A stretch of 32,000 nt of DNA from Dickeya dadantii NCPPB 898. Lineage in GTDB: Bacteria; Pseudomonadota; Gammaproteobacteria; Enterobacterales; Enterobacteriaceae. This document shows, one piece after another, positions 1 to 8,364 of the stretch (the stretch's first letter is position 1; each line of letters begins with the position of its first letter). Below the pieces are notes generated by a model. It made no database searches. It saw only the letters and a list, made by a program, of their open reading frames with translations, and was not told where the DNA came from. The translations under genes were made by a program, and so were the position numbers. The stretch spans positions 4,425,175 to 4,457,174 of the forward strand of contig NZ_CM001976.1 in the NCBI RefSeq assembly GCF_000406145.1, read 5' to 3'.

Positions 1-160
1 ACCGCGACAGCCCGCAGGGTGGCGGCCAGGGATGGCACGCCACAAAAAATTTCCGGGAGAAATTTTTGATGTCGCACCGCGACGGCCCGTAGGGTGGCGG
101 CCAGGGATGGCACGCCACAAAAAATTTCCGGGAGAAATTTTTGATGTCGCACCGCGACAA
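1..160. repeat. Tandem direct repeat: two complete 75-bp units (1-75, 76-150) plus the first ~10 nt of a third. The array may continue upstream of the window.
   Basis: Units differ at only 2 positions. Each unit holds nested inverted repeats: gcgaca/tgtcgc at the unit ends, gtggcg/cgccac, and aaaaatttcc/gg(a)gaaattttt. Confidence 0.9.
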
Positions 161-195
161 ACAAATAGGAAACCAGATTCCTAAAAATTCAGGAT

Positions 196-316
196 AAAAA
201 AAAGCCAGCACCCGAGCTGGCTAAGTAATACTGGAAGCAATGTGAGCAATGTCGTGCCTTCACAGCAAAACCGCGATGAGTCACAAGGATGGATTCATTT
301 GGCTTTCCCGGAACGC
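196..316 (-). ncRNA. ryhB: RyhB small RNA (Fur-repressed, iron-sparing)
   Basis: The minus strand reads GCACGACATTGCTCACATTGCTTCCAGTATTACTTAGCCAGCTCGGGTGCTGGCTTTTTTTT. This matches the E. coli RyhB core and terminator as I remember them, apart from one loop base. The terminator stem is gccagc/gctggc (204-221) followed by a T8 run (196-203). The 5' end at ~316 is inferred from the promoter position. Confidence 0.9.
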
Positions 317-318
317 AT

Positions 319-351
319 GGCAATAATAATCATTATCATTTGCATCTGTAA
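319..351 (-). promoter_or_regulatory. ryhB promoter with overlapping Fur box
   Basis: 319-337 (ggcaataataatcattatc) matches the 19-bp Fur consensus GATAATGATAATCATTATC at 16/19 positions. On the minus strand, -35 TTACAG (351..346), a 17-bp spacer and -10 TATTAT (328..323). Confidence 0.8.
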
Positions 352-488
352 AGCGTTTTTTTGCTCAATACAAAGAAAAATCCCCCCTGAGATCGCCGGC
401 CTGCCTGACATTTCGATGATCCTGCCGTTACCATGAAGGATTATTTTTTCAGAATCAATTGGTTAACAATTAACCATACGCGGCGCGA

Positions 489-532
489 GGGAATAAAAAT
501 AAACGCCCTCTCCGCGTCAACATTGAGAGGGC
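489..532 (-). terminator. Rho-independent terminator downstream of glpC
   Basis: 8-bp stem gccctctc/gagagggc (505-532) followed on the minus strand by gtttatttttatt. It lies 30 nt after the glpC stop. Confidence 0.75.
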
Positions 533-561
533 GGCCGTGCATCGAAGCCCGCGCCAACCGT

Positions 562-1767
562 TTACTCCGCAGGCAGCGCTTTAGCCAGTAAGCTGAAGGG
601 ATGTTCGCAGGGTTTCCCCGTCGACATTTCAATCTGCCATTTGCAGGTTTCGCAATCGGTGATCACCAAATCGGCGCCGCTTGCGTCAATCTGCCGGAAC
701 AAGGGCGCGCCAATTCCTTGCGCGGTGTCGTAGTTTTCCTTCTTGAAACCATAGGTTCCGGCGATGCCGCAACACTGGGAATCCAGCACCTGCAACTCCA
801 GCCCCGGAATCCGCCGCAGCAGTTCCAGCGTATAGGCGGTCCACCCCATGCGTTCCAGATGGCAGGGCGTGTGATACACCACCCGCAGCGGCAAGGGCTG
901 CAACGGCAGCGTCCGGCCCTGCTCCAGCAAACGATAAAGATGGCGAGTCGCCAGTTCGATGCCGTCGCGCACGTGGTGATTGTCCAGCCCCAGCAGATGG
1001 GGATATTCATCGCGCAGCGTAAAGGTGCAACTGGACGAGGTGGCGATGACCGGCAAGCCCCGGCTGTTGATGGCGTCATCCAGCGAGGCCAGATTGAAAC
1101 GCGCCTGTTTGCGCGCTTTATCGAGGAAACGGTTGGCGATTAGCGCCACGCCGCAGCATTTCTCTTTGGTCAGCAACTGCACCCCGACCCCCATCGCGTT
1201 AAACACGCGGATCAGGTCGCGCCCCAGCTGTGGGTGGTTGTAGTTGACGTAACAGCCGTGGAAATAAGCCACCTGTTCGGCAAATTGCCGTTGATGCGCC
1301 GCCTGCTGGCGATACCAGTTGCGGAAGGTGCCGTGGGAATAACGCGGCAGCTGGCGGCGATGGTCGATTTTCAACGCTTTATCCAGCAGCTGGCGCATCG
1401 GTTTCAGCCCGGTGAGGGTGTTCACCAGCGGCGCAAACGGCGTGGCGACCGTCCCCATCAGGTCAGTGTGGCTGAGAATGGCGTCGCGCAGCGTCGGGCG
1501 GTGCTGGCTATGGCTGGCTTTGGCGCGCTGGATGATGTCGCCGATTTTGACATCCGATGGGCAAGCCACCTCGCACCGCTTGCAGTTGGTGCAATACTTC
1601 AGCGCTTCGTCAAACAACGCCGGGTCTTTGCGCCGCAGCCGTTCGCCATCCGGCCCCGCCTGTTTCGGCCCCGGATAGAGCGGATTGACGCGCGCCACCG
1701 GGCAGGCTGTGGTGCAGACGGTGCATTTGATGCAGTTTTCGAAACTGGTGTCAGGCCGGTTCATCAT
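562..1767 (-). CDS. glpC: Anaerobic glycerol-3-phosphate dehydrogenase subunit C (Fe-S)
   Basis: ORF 562..1833 trimmed to ATG 1767, which overlaps the glpB stop (ATGA). The N-terminus MMNRPDTSFENCIKCTVCTTACPV parallels E. coli GlpC MNDTSFENCIKCTVCTTACPV. A second ferredoxin-type motif CTNCKRCEVACP is present. Confidence 0.95.
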   Translation of the reverse strand: MMNRPDTSFENCIKCTVCTTACPVARVNPLYPGPKQAGPDGERLRRKDPALFDEALKYCTNCKRCEVACPSDVKIGDIIQRAKASHSQHRPTLRDAILSHTDLMGTVATPFAPLVNTLTGLKPMRQLLDKALKIDHRRQLPRYSHGTFRNWYRQQAAHQRQFAEQVAYFHGCYVNYNHPQLGRDLIRVFNAMGVGVQLLTKEKCCGVALIANRFLDKARKQARFNLASLDDAINSRGLPVIATSSSCTFTLRDEYPHLLGLDNHHVRDGIELATRHLYRLLEQGRTLPLQPLPLRVVYHTPCHLERMGWTAYTLELLRRIPGLELQVLDSQCCGIAGTYGFKKENYDTAQGIGAPLFRQIDASGADLVITDCETCKWQIEMSTGKPCEHPFSLLAKALPAE

Positions 1768-3014
1768 GGGTTCTCTCTTATGATCATCTCGGCGGCGTAC
1801 AACGCGGTCAGCAGCGATACCCCACCACCGCATCCCTGTCGCAACGGGTCATATCCCCGCAATACCGAGCCAATCGCATACAAACGGTGCTGAGTATGAC
1901 CGCCGATAGCCGGATGCAACTGCGCATCCGCCACCACCCCGAATTGCAGGTAGGGCTGAGCGGCGAACAGATTCGGCTTACTCCAGTCTTCATGAGCAGG
2001 CAGGAAATCGACGTCCAGCCCGAACACCGGTTCCACCACCCGATCGCGCTCGGCCACCAGACCATTGCTGAAAAAGCTGCCGCTCGCCAATACCACATGA
2101 TCGGCGCGCAGCGGTATCTCGCCGTGGCTGCGGGTATACAGCGCCACACCGTCTTCCCGCGGCTGCGCCGACAACACCCGATCTCCCGGCATCAGCGTTC
2201 CGCCGATCTGACGAAAGCGATTCAGCAGCGCCTGATGCATGCGCATGCCTGGCAACGACGGCGGCAGCGTCGCCAATAACCCCACCGGTTTACCCAGCGC
2301 CGCATTCAGCCGCGCCTGCGCCTCCAGACCGATGCAGGCAGGCAGGATCACGGCGTCATTGCCGTTCGCCCGCGTCAGCAGTTCTTCGGCCAGCGCCGCC
2401 GTCCCCGCCGGGGTATCCAGCAACCGGGCAATCGCCAGCGAGCGAAACTCGCTGGCGTTTTGCCGTAAAGCATCCAATAGCGGCAGACGCAGGTCATCGG
2501 CGCGGGCGGCGATCCCCTCCGCCTGCAACGCGCCGGCAACCAGCCGGGATTGAAAATCCATAAAGCCGTCGATACCGGCGACCAGCGGTTGCCGCCACGC
2601 CGGCGACCCCGGCAAGCCGCGCGTCACGCTGTCCGACGGGCTTAACCAGCACGGATGCCACTTGCCCAACGGGGTAAGGCGCTGATGATTACTCCCGCTT
2701 CCCCCTCGCAGCCACAGCCCGCAGCGCGCCAGCAGCGCTTCGGCGTCCGACGCCAGTTGGCTGACGCGCGCCTTGCCCATCAGGGTGTAAGGATGATGCG
2801 GCGCCTGGGCGGCCAACGCATCCAACGCCGTCAACGGCTGGTCGACCGCCGTGCCGTCCGGCAGCGTCGCCAGCAGGTCCAGCGCGCCGGACGCAAAGGT
2901 CAGCGCGCTTTGCCCGACGCTGACCACGGCGCAGCGTTTACCCTGCTCTTGCAAGCGAATGCCGCAGGCTAACCCGGCCAGCCCGCCGCCAATGATCACC
3001 ACGTCATAACGCAT
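1764..3014 (-). CDS. glpB: Anaerobic glycerol-3-phosphate dehydrogenase subunit B
   Basis: 416 aa. MRYDVVIIGGGLAGLACGIRLQ resembles E. coli GlpB MRFDTVIMGGGLAGL. Operon position is between glpA and glpC, with translationally coupled overlaps at both ends. Confidence 0.95.
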   Translation of the reverse strand: MRYDVVIIGGGLAGLACGIRLQEQGKRCAVVSVGQSALTFASGALDLLATLPDGTAVDQPLTALDALAAQAPHHPYTLMGKARVSQLASDAEALLARCGLWLRGGSGSNHQRLTPLGKWHPCWLSPSDSVTRGLPGSPAWRQPLVAGIDGFMDFQSRLVAGALQAEGIAARADDLRLPLLDALRQNASEFRSLAIARLLDTPAGTAALAEELLTRANGNDAVILPACIGLEAQARLNAALGKPVGLLATLPPSLPGMRMHQALLNRFRQIGGTLMPGDRVLSAQPREDGVALYTRSHGEIPLRADHVVLASGSFFSNGLVAERDRVVEPVFGLDVDFLPAHEDWSKPNLFAAQPYLQFGVVADAQLHPAIGGHTQHRLYAIGSVLRGYDPLRQGCGGGVSLLTALYAAEMIIRENP

Positions 3015-4647
3015 CGCTGTTCTCCTGCTCCCGGTTTTCGGTCAGCCCGCACAGCCCCTGATAAATCCAACTGGTAAATTCGCTTTCCCGCAACGTATGC
3101 CCCCAGGCGATGGGACGCATACCTTTCCAGCGCTCATTGAGAAACTGGCTCAGTTGCGACACCGCCTGTTGCGGCGTGGACTGCCCCAGCCGACACAACA
3201 GACCGGCCGCGCGGCAGGCGCACAGCTCCCCCTGACAGGTGCCCATGCCGACGCGGGTACGGCGGCGCAGGTCGGTCAGGTTGTTGACCTGCAGCGACTC
3301 CACCGCATAACGCACCTCGCCCGCCGTCACCGCTTCGCATTCGCACACCAGACTGCTGTCCACCCGCTGGCCGGAAACCAGCGGCGCGGCGCGATGTCCG
3401 TGGCGATAAATCGCCGAGCCGCGCAACGGCGCCGACAGCGGCGACGCGGCCTGCGGCCTGTCTGGATCAGAGACTTCCGACCCCGGCAGCGGCCGTGACG
3501 CGGTGGCGCATTCGGCTCGATGGCCGAGCTTCTCGCATACCTTGTCCGTCACCCATTCCGCCATCAGCCGATAGGTCATCAGCTTGCCGCCGGTAATGGT
3601 GACAAACCCTTCCAGCCCGTCCCGGCTGGCGTGGTCCAACAGCACAATGCCGCGGCTGACGCTGCGCCCGGACGGGTCGTTATCGCTCGCCACCAGCGGT
3701 CGCACCCCGGCGTAGGCGCGCAGAATGCGGGTTTGCGCCAGTTGCGGCGCCAGCAGGCTGCCTTCGCGGATCAGGGTATCGACTTCCTCTGGGGTAACGG
3801 TCATGCGGTCGATCTGGTCGTAGTCGATGCGGGTCGAGGTGGTGCCGATCAGCGAAATGGTGTCGCCCGGCACCAGAATGTCGGCGTCCGCCGGCTTACG
3901 GCAGCGGTTGATCACCCGGTTGTTGATACGGTGGCCCAGAATCAGCAGCGCGCCCTTGGCCGGGAACATGCGCACGGTGAGGTCGGCGTATTCAGCGATA
4001 CGCTGCCCCCAGATGCCGCCCGCGTTCACCACCACCTGCGCATAAATCTCGCAGGCCAGGTGGCGTTTGTGGTCGAAAACGCGCACGCCGATGACGCGGT
4101 CACCCTGGCGAATCAACCCGATGACTTCGTGGTAGGTCAGCACTTCCGCGCCATGCTCGCAGGCGTCGATCATGTTGGCGGCGGTCAACCGGAACGGGTC
4201 CACGGTACCGTCCGGCACCCTTACCGCGCCGATCAACGCCGGATTGGCGGCCGGCTCCAGTCGCAACGCCTCTTGCGGATCGATCGCCTGCGCCGGGATC
4301 CCCGCCTGCCGACAGGCGGCGACAAACCGCGCCTGATAGTCGAGGTCATCCTGCGGCAACGTCAGAAACAGGCCGTCGGTCGGTTCAATACAGTGGCGGG
4401 CAATACGGCGCAGAATCTGATTTTCTTCAATGCATTCGCGGGCGGATTCGGCATCGGTAACCGCATAACGCGCCCCGCTGTGCAACAGCCCATGATTACG
4501 ACCGGTAGCGCCGGTGGCGATGTCGTGCCGTTCCAGCAACAGGCACCGCAAACCGCGCAATGCGCAGTCGCGAGCGGTCCCCGCGCCGGTGGCGCCGCCG
4601 CCGATAATCACCACATCCGTTTCACGCCGCAAACCATCGTTCGCCAT
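3004..4647 (-). CDS. glpA: Anaerobic glycerol-3-phosphate dehydrogenase subunit A (FAD)
   Basis: 547 aa. DVVIIGGGATGAGTARDCALRGL...ERHDIATGATGRNHGLLHSGARYAVTD is near-identical to remembered E. coli GlpA. RBS GAGGTGG lies upstream of the ATG. Confidence 0.96.
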   Translation of the reverse strand: MANDGLRRETDVVIIGGGATGAGTARDCALRGLRCLLLERHDIATGATGRNHGLLHSGARYAVTDAESARECIEENQILRRIARHCIEPTDGLFLTLPQDDLDYQARFVAACRQAGIPAQAIDPQEALRLEPAANPALIGAVRVPDGTVDPFRLTAANMIDACEHGAEVLTYHEVIGLIRQGDRVIGVRVFDHKRHLACEIYAQVVVNAGGIWGQRIAEYADLTVRMFPAKGALLILGHRINNRVINRCRKPADADILVPGDTISLIGTTSTRIDYDQIDRMTVTPEEVDTLIREGSLLAPQLAQTRILRAYAGVRPLVASDNDPSGRSVSRGIVLLDHASRDGLEGFVTITGGKLMTYRLMAEWVTDKVCEKLGHRAECATASRPLPGSEVSDPDRPQAASPLSAPLRGSAIYRHGHRAAPLVSGQRVDSSLVCECEAVTAGEVRYAVESLQVNNLTDLRRRTRVGMGTCQGELCACRAAGLLCRLGQSTPQQAVSQLSQFLNERWKGMRPIAWGHTLRESEFTSWIYQGLCGLTENREQENSDAL

Positions 4648-4767
4648 TACCGTCCCACCTCAATTCGGATCGTCTTTGTATGTAGTGGGACATAAATCAC
4701 CGCAAAAATGATTGATAAAGAACAAAAACACTCAAAAAACGAAAACCGAACGACGGTAAGACCACGA

Positions 4768-4789
4768 ATATGTGACTCAAATCACTCAG
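4768..4789. promoter_or_regulatory. Putative CRP binding site in the divergent glpA/glpT control region
   Basis: TGTGA (4771-4775), N6, TCACT (4782-4786) matches TGTGA-N6-TCACA at 9/10 core positions. The glp regulon is known to be cAMP-CRP dependent. Confidence 0.55.
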
Positions 4790-4947
4790 AAATGAAAAAT
4801 GGTTATTTCATTTGTGTTATTCACAGCTCAAAATGGCCTCCCTCGTCATAAAAGTGTAACAATTGCGCGTTTACTCACACTGAAAAGCACGCGCATTCGC
4901 TACGCTGGCGAGCGTTATAGAACATAACTATCGGGGATCGTTTATTT

Positions 4948-6297
4948 ATGCTGAGTATTTTCAAGCCTGCGGCACATCGTCCGCGCGTAGAGGAACATCG
5001 GGTGGATCCGCTCTACCGCCGTCTGCGCTGGCAAATTTTTCTGGGGATCTTTTTCGGCTACGCCGCCTACTATCTGGTCAGGAAGAACTTCGCGCTGGCG
5101 ATGCCTTATCTGGTCGAACAGGGCTTCTCCAAAGGCGATCTGGGCTTCGCGTTGTCCGGTATTTCGATTGCCTACGGGTTTTCTAAATTCATCATGGGCT
5201 CGGTGTCCGACCGCTCCAACCCGCGCGTATTCCTGCCCGCCGGTTTGATTCTGGCGGCGGCGGTGATGTTGTTTATGGGCTTCGTGCCGTGGGCGACCTC
5301 CAGCATCATGGTCATGTTCGTGCTGCTGTTCATCTGCGGCTGGTTCCAGGGCATGGGCTGGCCGCCGTGCGGCCGCACCATGGTGCACTGGTGGTCGCAG
5401 AAAGAACGCGGCGGCATCGTGTCGGTGTGGAACTGCGCCCACAACGTGGGCGGCGGCATTCCGCCGCTGCTGTTCCTGCTGGGGATGGCCTGGTTCCACG
5501 ACTGGAAAGCCGCGCTCTATATGCCGGCGTTCGCCGCGATTCTGGTGGCGCTGTTCGCCTTCGCTATAATGCGCGACACGCCGCAGTCCTGTGGCCTGCC
5601 GCCGATCGAAGAATACAAAAACGATTATCCGGCGGATTACAGCGAAAAAGACGAACAGGAGCTGACGGCCAAAGAAATCTTCATGCAGTATGTGTTTCCC
5701 AACAAACTGTTGTGGTACATCGCCTTTGCCAACGTGTTCGTCTACCTGCTGCGTTACGGCATTCTCGACTGGTCGCCCACCTACCTCAAAGAGGTGAAGC
5801 ACTTCGCGCTGGATAAGTCGTCGCTGGCTTACTTCCTGTACGAATACGCCGGTATTCCGGGCACGCTGCTGTGCGGCTGGATGTCCGACAAAGTGTTCAA
5901 AGGCAACCGCGGCGCCACCGGCGTGTTCTTCATGAGCCTGGTGACCATCGCCACCGTGGTGTACTGGCTGAACCCGGCGGGCAACCCCACCGTGGACATG
6001 CTCTGCATGATCGTTATCGGCTTTCTGATCTACGGCCCGGTGATGTTGATCGGCCTGCATGCGCTGGAACTGGCGCCGAAGAAAGCCGCCGGCACCGCCG
6101 CTGGCTTCACCGGCCTGTTCGGCTATCTGGGCGGTTCTGTGGCGGCCAGCGCTATCGTCGGTTACACCGTGGACTTCTTCGGCTGGGACGGCGGTTTCCT
6201 GGTGATGATCGGTGGTAGCGTACTGGCGGTGCTGCTGTTGATCCTGACCATGATCAACGAGAAGAAACACAAGGAAGCGCTGGCGCAACGCGCCTGA
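4948..6297 (+). CDS. glpT: Glycerol-3-phosphate:phosphate antiporter (MFS)
   Basis: 449 aa. MLSIFKPA...[39 protein letters not shown] is almost identical to E. coli GlpT. Confidence 0.97.
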   Translation: MLSIFKPAAHRPRVEEHRVDPLYRRLRWQIFLGIFFGYAAYYLVRKNFALAMPYLVEQGFSKGDLGFALSGISIAYGFSKFIMGSVSDRSNPRVFLPAGLILAAAVMLFMGFVPWATSSIMVMFVLLFICGWFQGMGWPPCGRTMVHWWSQKERGGIVSVWNCAHNVGGGIPPLLFLLGMAWFHDWKAALYMPAFAAILVALFAFAIMRDTPQSCGLPPIEEYKNDYPADYSEKDEQELTAKEIFMQYVFPNKLLWYIAFANVFVYLLRYGILDWSPTYLKEVKHFALDKSSLAYFLYEYAGIPGTLLCGWMSDKVFKGNRGATGVFFMSLVTIATVVYWLNPAGNPTVDMLCMIVIGFLIYGPVMLIGLHALELAPKKAAGTAAGFTGLFGYLGGSVAASAIVGYTVDFFGWDGGFLVMIGGSVLAVLLLILTMINEKKHKEALAQRA

Positions 6298-6441
6298 TTC
6301 TGTCATCCAGTCATGGTTTACTGACGACGAAACCATACGCTTTATCCCCGCCGGACTGGCGGGGAGTTATCAACGATACTTTCATTTTAAACGCATCGAC
6401 TCACCCAGCTTTTCTTTCTCCCACTGAAAAAGGACGCTGAC

Positions 6442-7524
6442 ATGAATCCTCTGTTCAAACCGTTACTGGCCGGCATGACGCTGGCGATGTCTCTCTCCGC
6501 GCTGGCGCAGACCGGCGATAAAATCGTGATTGCCCACCGCGGCGCCAGCGGCTACCTGCCGGAGCACACCCTGCCCGCCAAGGCGATGGCCTACGCGCAG
6601 GGCGCGGACTATCTGGAGCAGGACCTGGTGATGACCAAAGATAACGCGCTGGTGGTGCTGCACGATCACTACCTTGATCGCGTGACCGACGTTGCCAGCC
6701 GTTTTCCCGGCCGGGCGCGGGCTGACGGCCGTTACTACGCCATCGACTTTACGCTGGCGGAAATCCGTTCGCTTAAATTCACCGAAGGGTTTGACCTGAA
6801 AGACGGCAAGCCGGTGCAGAGCTACCCGAATCGTTTCCCGATGGGCAAATCGGACTTTCGCGTTCACACCTTTCAGGATGAAATCGAATTTATTCAGGGG
6901 CTGAACCACTCGACCGGCAAAAATATCGGCATCTATCCGGAAATCAAAGCGCCGTGGTTCCATCGTCAGGAAGGCAAAGATATTTCACGCGCGGTGCTGG
7001 AGGTGCTGAAACAGTACGGCTACAGCCAAAAAAGCGACCGGGTTTACCTGCAATGCTTCGACGCCAACGAGCTACAGCGCATCAAAACCGAACTGGAGCC
7101 GGCGCTGGGCATGAACCTGAAGCTGGTACAACTGATCGCCGAAACCCGCTGGCAGGAAACCCAGCAGCAACAGCCGGACGGCCGCTGGGTCAACTATGAC
7201 TACGACTGGATGCTCAAGCCGGGCGCGATGCAGAAAATCGCCCGCTACGCCGATGGCGTCGGCCCCGACTATCACATGCTGCTCAGCGGCGAAGCGGGCA
7301 AGGTCGCCATCAGTCCGCTGGTGAAAGAGGCGCACGCCAGCGGCATGGTGGTGCACCCTTACACGGTGCGGGCGGACCGGCTGCCGAAATACGTCAACGA
7401 CGTGAACGCGCTCTATGCGCTGCTCTACCGGCAAGCCGATGTGGACGGCCTGTTCACGGATTTCCCCGACAAGGCCGTCGCGTTCCTGCATTCACCGCCG
7501 GATGCCCGGCCGTCTCAGAAATAA
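6442..7524 (+). CDS. glpQ: Periplasmic glycerophosphodiester phosphodiesterase
   Basis: 360 aa. Signal peptide (MNPLFKPLLAGMTLAMSLSALA), then KIVIAHRGASGYLPEHTLPAKAMAYAQGADYLEQDLVMTKD as in E. coli GlpQ. Confidence 0.96.
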   Translation: MNPLFKPLLAGMTLAMSLSALAQTGDKIVIAHRGASGYLPEHTLPAKAMAYAQGADYLEQDLVMTKDNALVVLHDHYLDRVTDVASRFPGRARADGRYYAIDFTLAEIRSLKFTEGFDLKDGKPVQSYPNRFPMGKSDFRVHTFQDEIEFIQGLNHSTGKNIGIYPEIKAPWFHRQEGKDISRAVLEVLKQYGYSQKSDRVYLQCFDANELQRIKTELEPALGMNLKLVQLIAETRWQETQQQQPDGRWVNYDYDWMLKPGAMQKIARYADGVGPDYHMLLSGEAGKVAISPLVKEAHASGMVVHPYTVRADRLPKYVNDVNALYALLYRQADVDGLFTDFPDKAVAFLHSPPDARPSQK

Positions 7525-8312
7525 AGACGACGCAGGTATTGTGGCACCGCCTGATCGATGTTGGTGCCAATCACCTCGTTGTCCGGCAGCATATCCTTCA
7601 GTCGCTGGTGGGCATTGCTCATGATGCAGCCTTTGCCCGCCATCGACAGCATTTCATAGTCGTTCATGCCGTCGCCGAAGGCGATACAGTCTTTGATAGT
7701 GTGACCGAGGATTTTGGCGACCTGCTCCAGCGCGTGGCCTTTGGATACGCCGCCCGCCATCACCTCCAGGCAACTCAGGGTGGAAAAGCTGACGTTCACC
7801 CGGTCGCCCCAGCGCGCGTTAAGCGCTTCTTCCAGCGGCAGCAGTTTGTCGTGATCCTCACAGGTGAAAAACACCTTGCCGACGCCGTCGGTACCCAGCG
7901 TTTCCGGGTCGAACAGTTTGTAGCGGAACACCGTCTCGGTAAAAAAGCGCTCTTCCTCGGGGCGGGAGCGACACAGGAACCACTCGTCGCCGCGATAAAC
8001 GTGGGTCATGATTTCCGGATGGTGATACACCATGCCGAACAGATCGTGGGCGATATCGCGGTCCAGATTGTGGCTGAAAATCAGCTCGCCTTCGGTGTTA
8101 TGCACCCGCGCGCCGTTAGACGTAATCATGTAGGCGCTGATCGCCAGATTATCGCGGATTTGCGCCACATCCATATGGTGACGTCCGGTGGCGAACACAA
8201 AATGGACGCCCTGTTCCGTCATCAGGCGCAGGGTTTCTTTGGCATAGGGTGACAGGGTGTGATCGGGTGACAGCAAGGTGCCATCCAGATCGGAAGCAAC
8301 AATCGGGTACAT
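7515..8312 (-). CDS. yigL: HAD-family sugar-phosphate / pyridoxal-phosphate phosphatase YigL
   Basis: ORF 7515..8483 trimmed to ATG 8312. MYPIVASDLDGTLLSPDHTLSPYAKETL parallels E. coli YigL MYQVVASDLDGTLLSPDHTLSPYAKETL. 265 aa versus 266 aa in E. coli. Confidence 0.93.
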   Translation of the reverse strand: MYPIVASDLDGTLLSPDHTLSPYAKETLRLMTEQGVHFVFATGRHHMDVAQIRDNLAISAYMITSNGARVHNTEGELIFSHNLDRDIAHDLFGMVYHHPEIMTHVYRGDEWFLCRSRPEEERFFTETVFRYKLFDPETLGTDGVGKVFFTCEDHDKLLPLEEALNARWGDRVNVSFSTLSCLEVMAGGVSKGHALEQVAKILGHTIKDCIAFGDGMNDYEMLSMAGKGCIMSNAHQRLKDMLPDNEVIGTNIDQAVPQYLRRLYF

Positions 8313-8364
8313 ACGTTGAAATCCAACCTCCGCTGGTGCCGGGCGGACTGGCCGCACAGACGTA

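Noticed and set aside
1-160. Possible CRISPR array
   Set aside because: The 75-bp units are directly contiguous with no unique spacers, the unit is too long for a CRISPR repeat, and there are no cas genes nearby.
242-436. 64-aa plus-strand ORF (GTG start) in the region left of glpC
   Set aside because: It overlaps the RyhB sRNA and its Fur-box promoter on the opposite strand. The run IIIIIICIC is just the translated AT-rich Fur box. It has no RBS.
3520-4695. 391-aa plus-strand ORF opposite glpA, with similar long antisense ORFs at 20070..20873, 26507..27577, 30994..31836 and 8368..9294
   Set aside because: All lie antisense to strongly conserved genes (glpA, uvrD, cyaA, hemX/hemY, pldB) and show the same R/A/G/Q-rich shadow-frame composition.
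4813-4825. Palindrome tgtgttattcaca as a second CRP site
   Set aside because: The TGTG and CACA halves are separated by only 3 nt rather than the 6 nt a CRP site requires.
4942-6336. 464-aa minus-strand ORF covering glpT
   Set aside because: It is antisense to a near-identical GlpT orthologue. The composition is rich in H/R/Q/G/A and it is not membrane-protein-like. It is an artefact of GC-rich codon bias.
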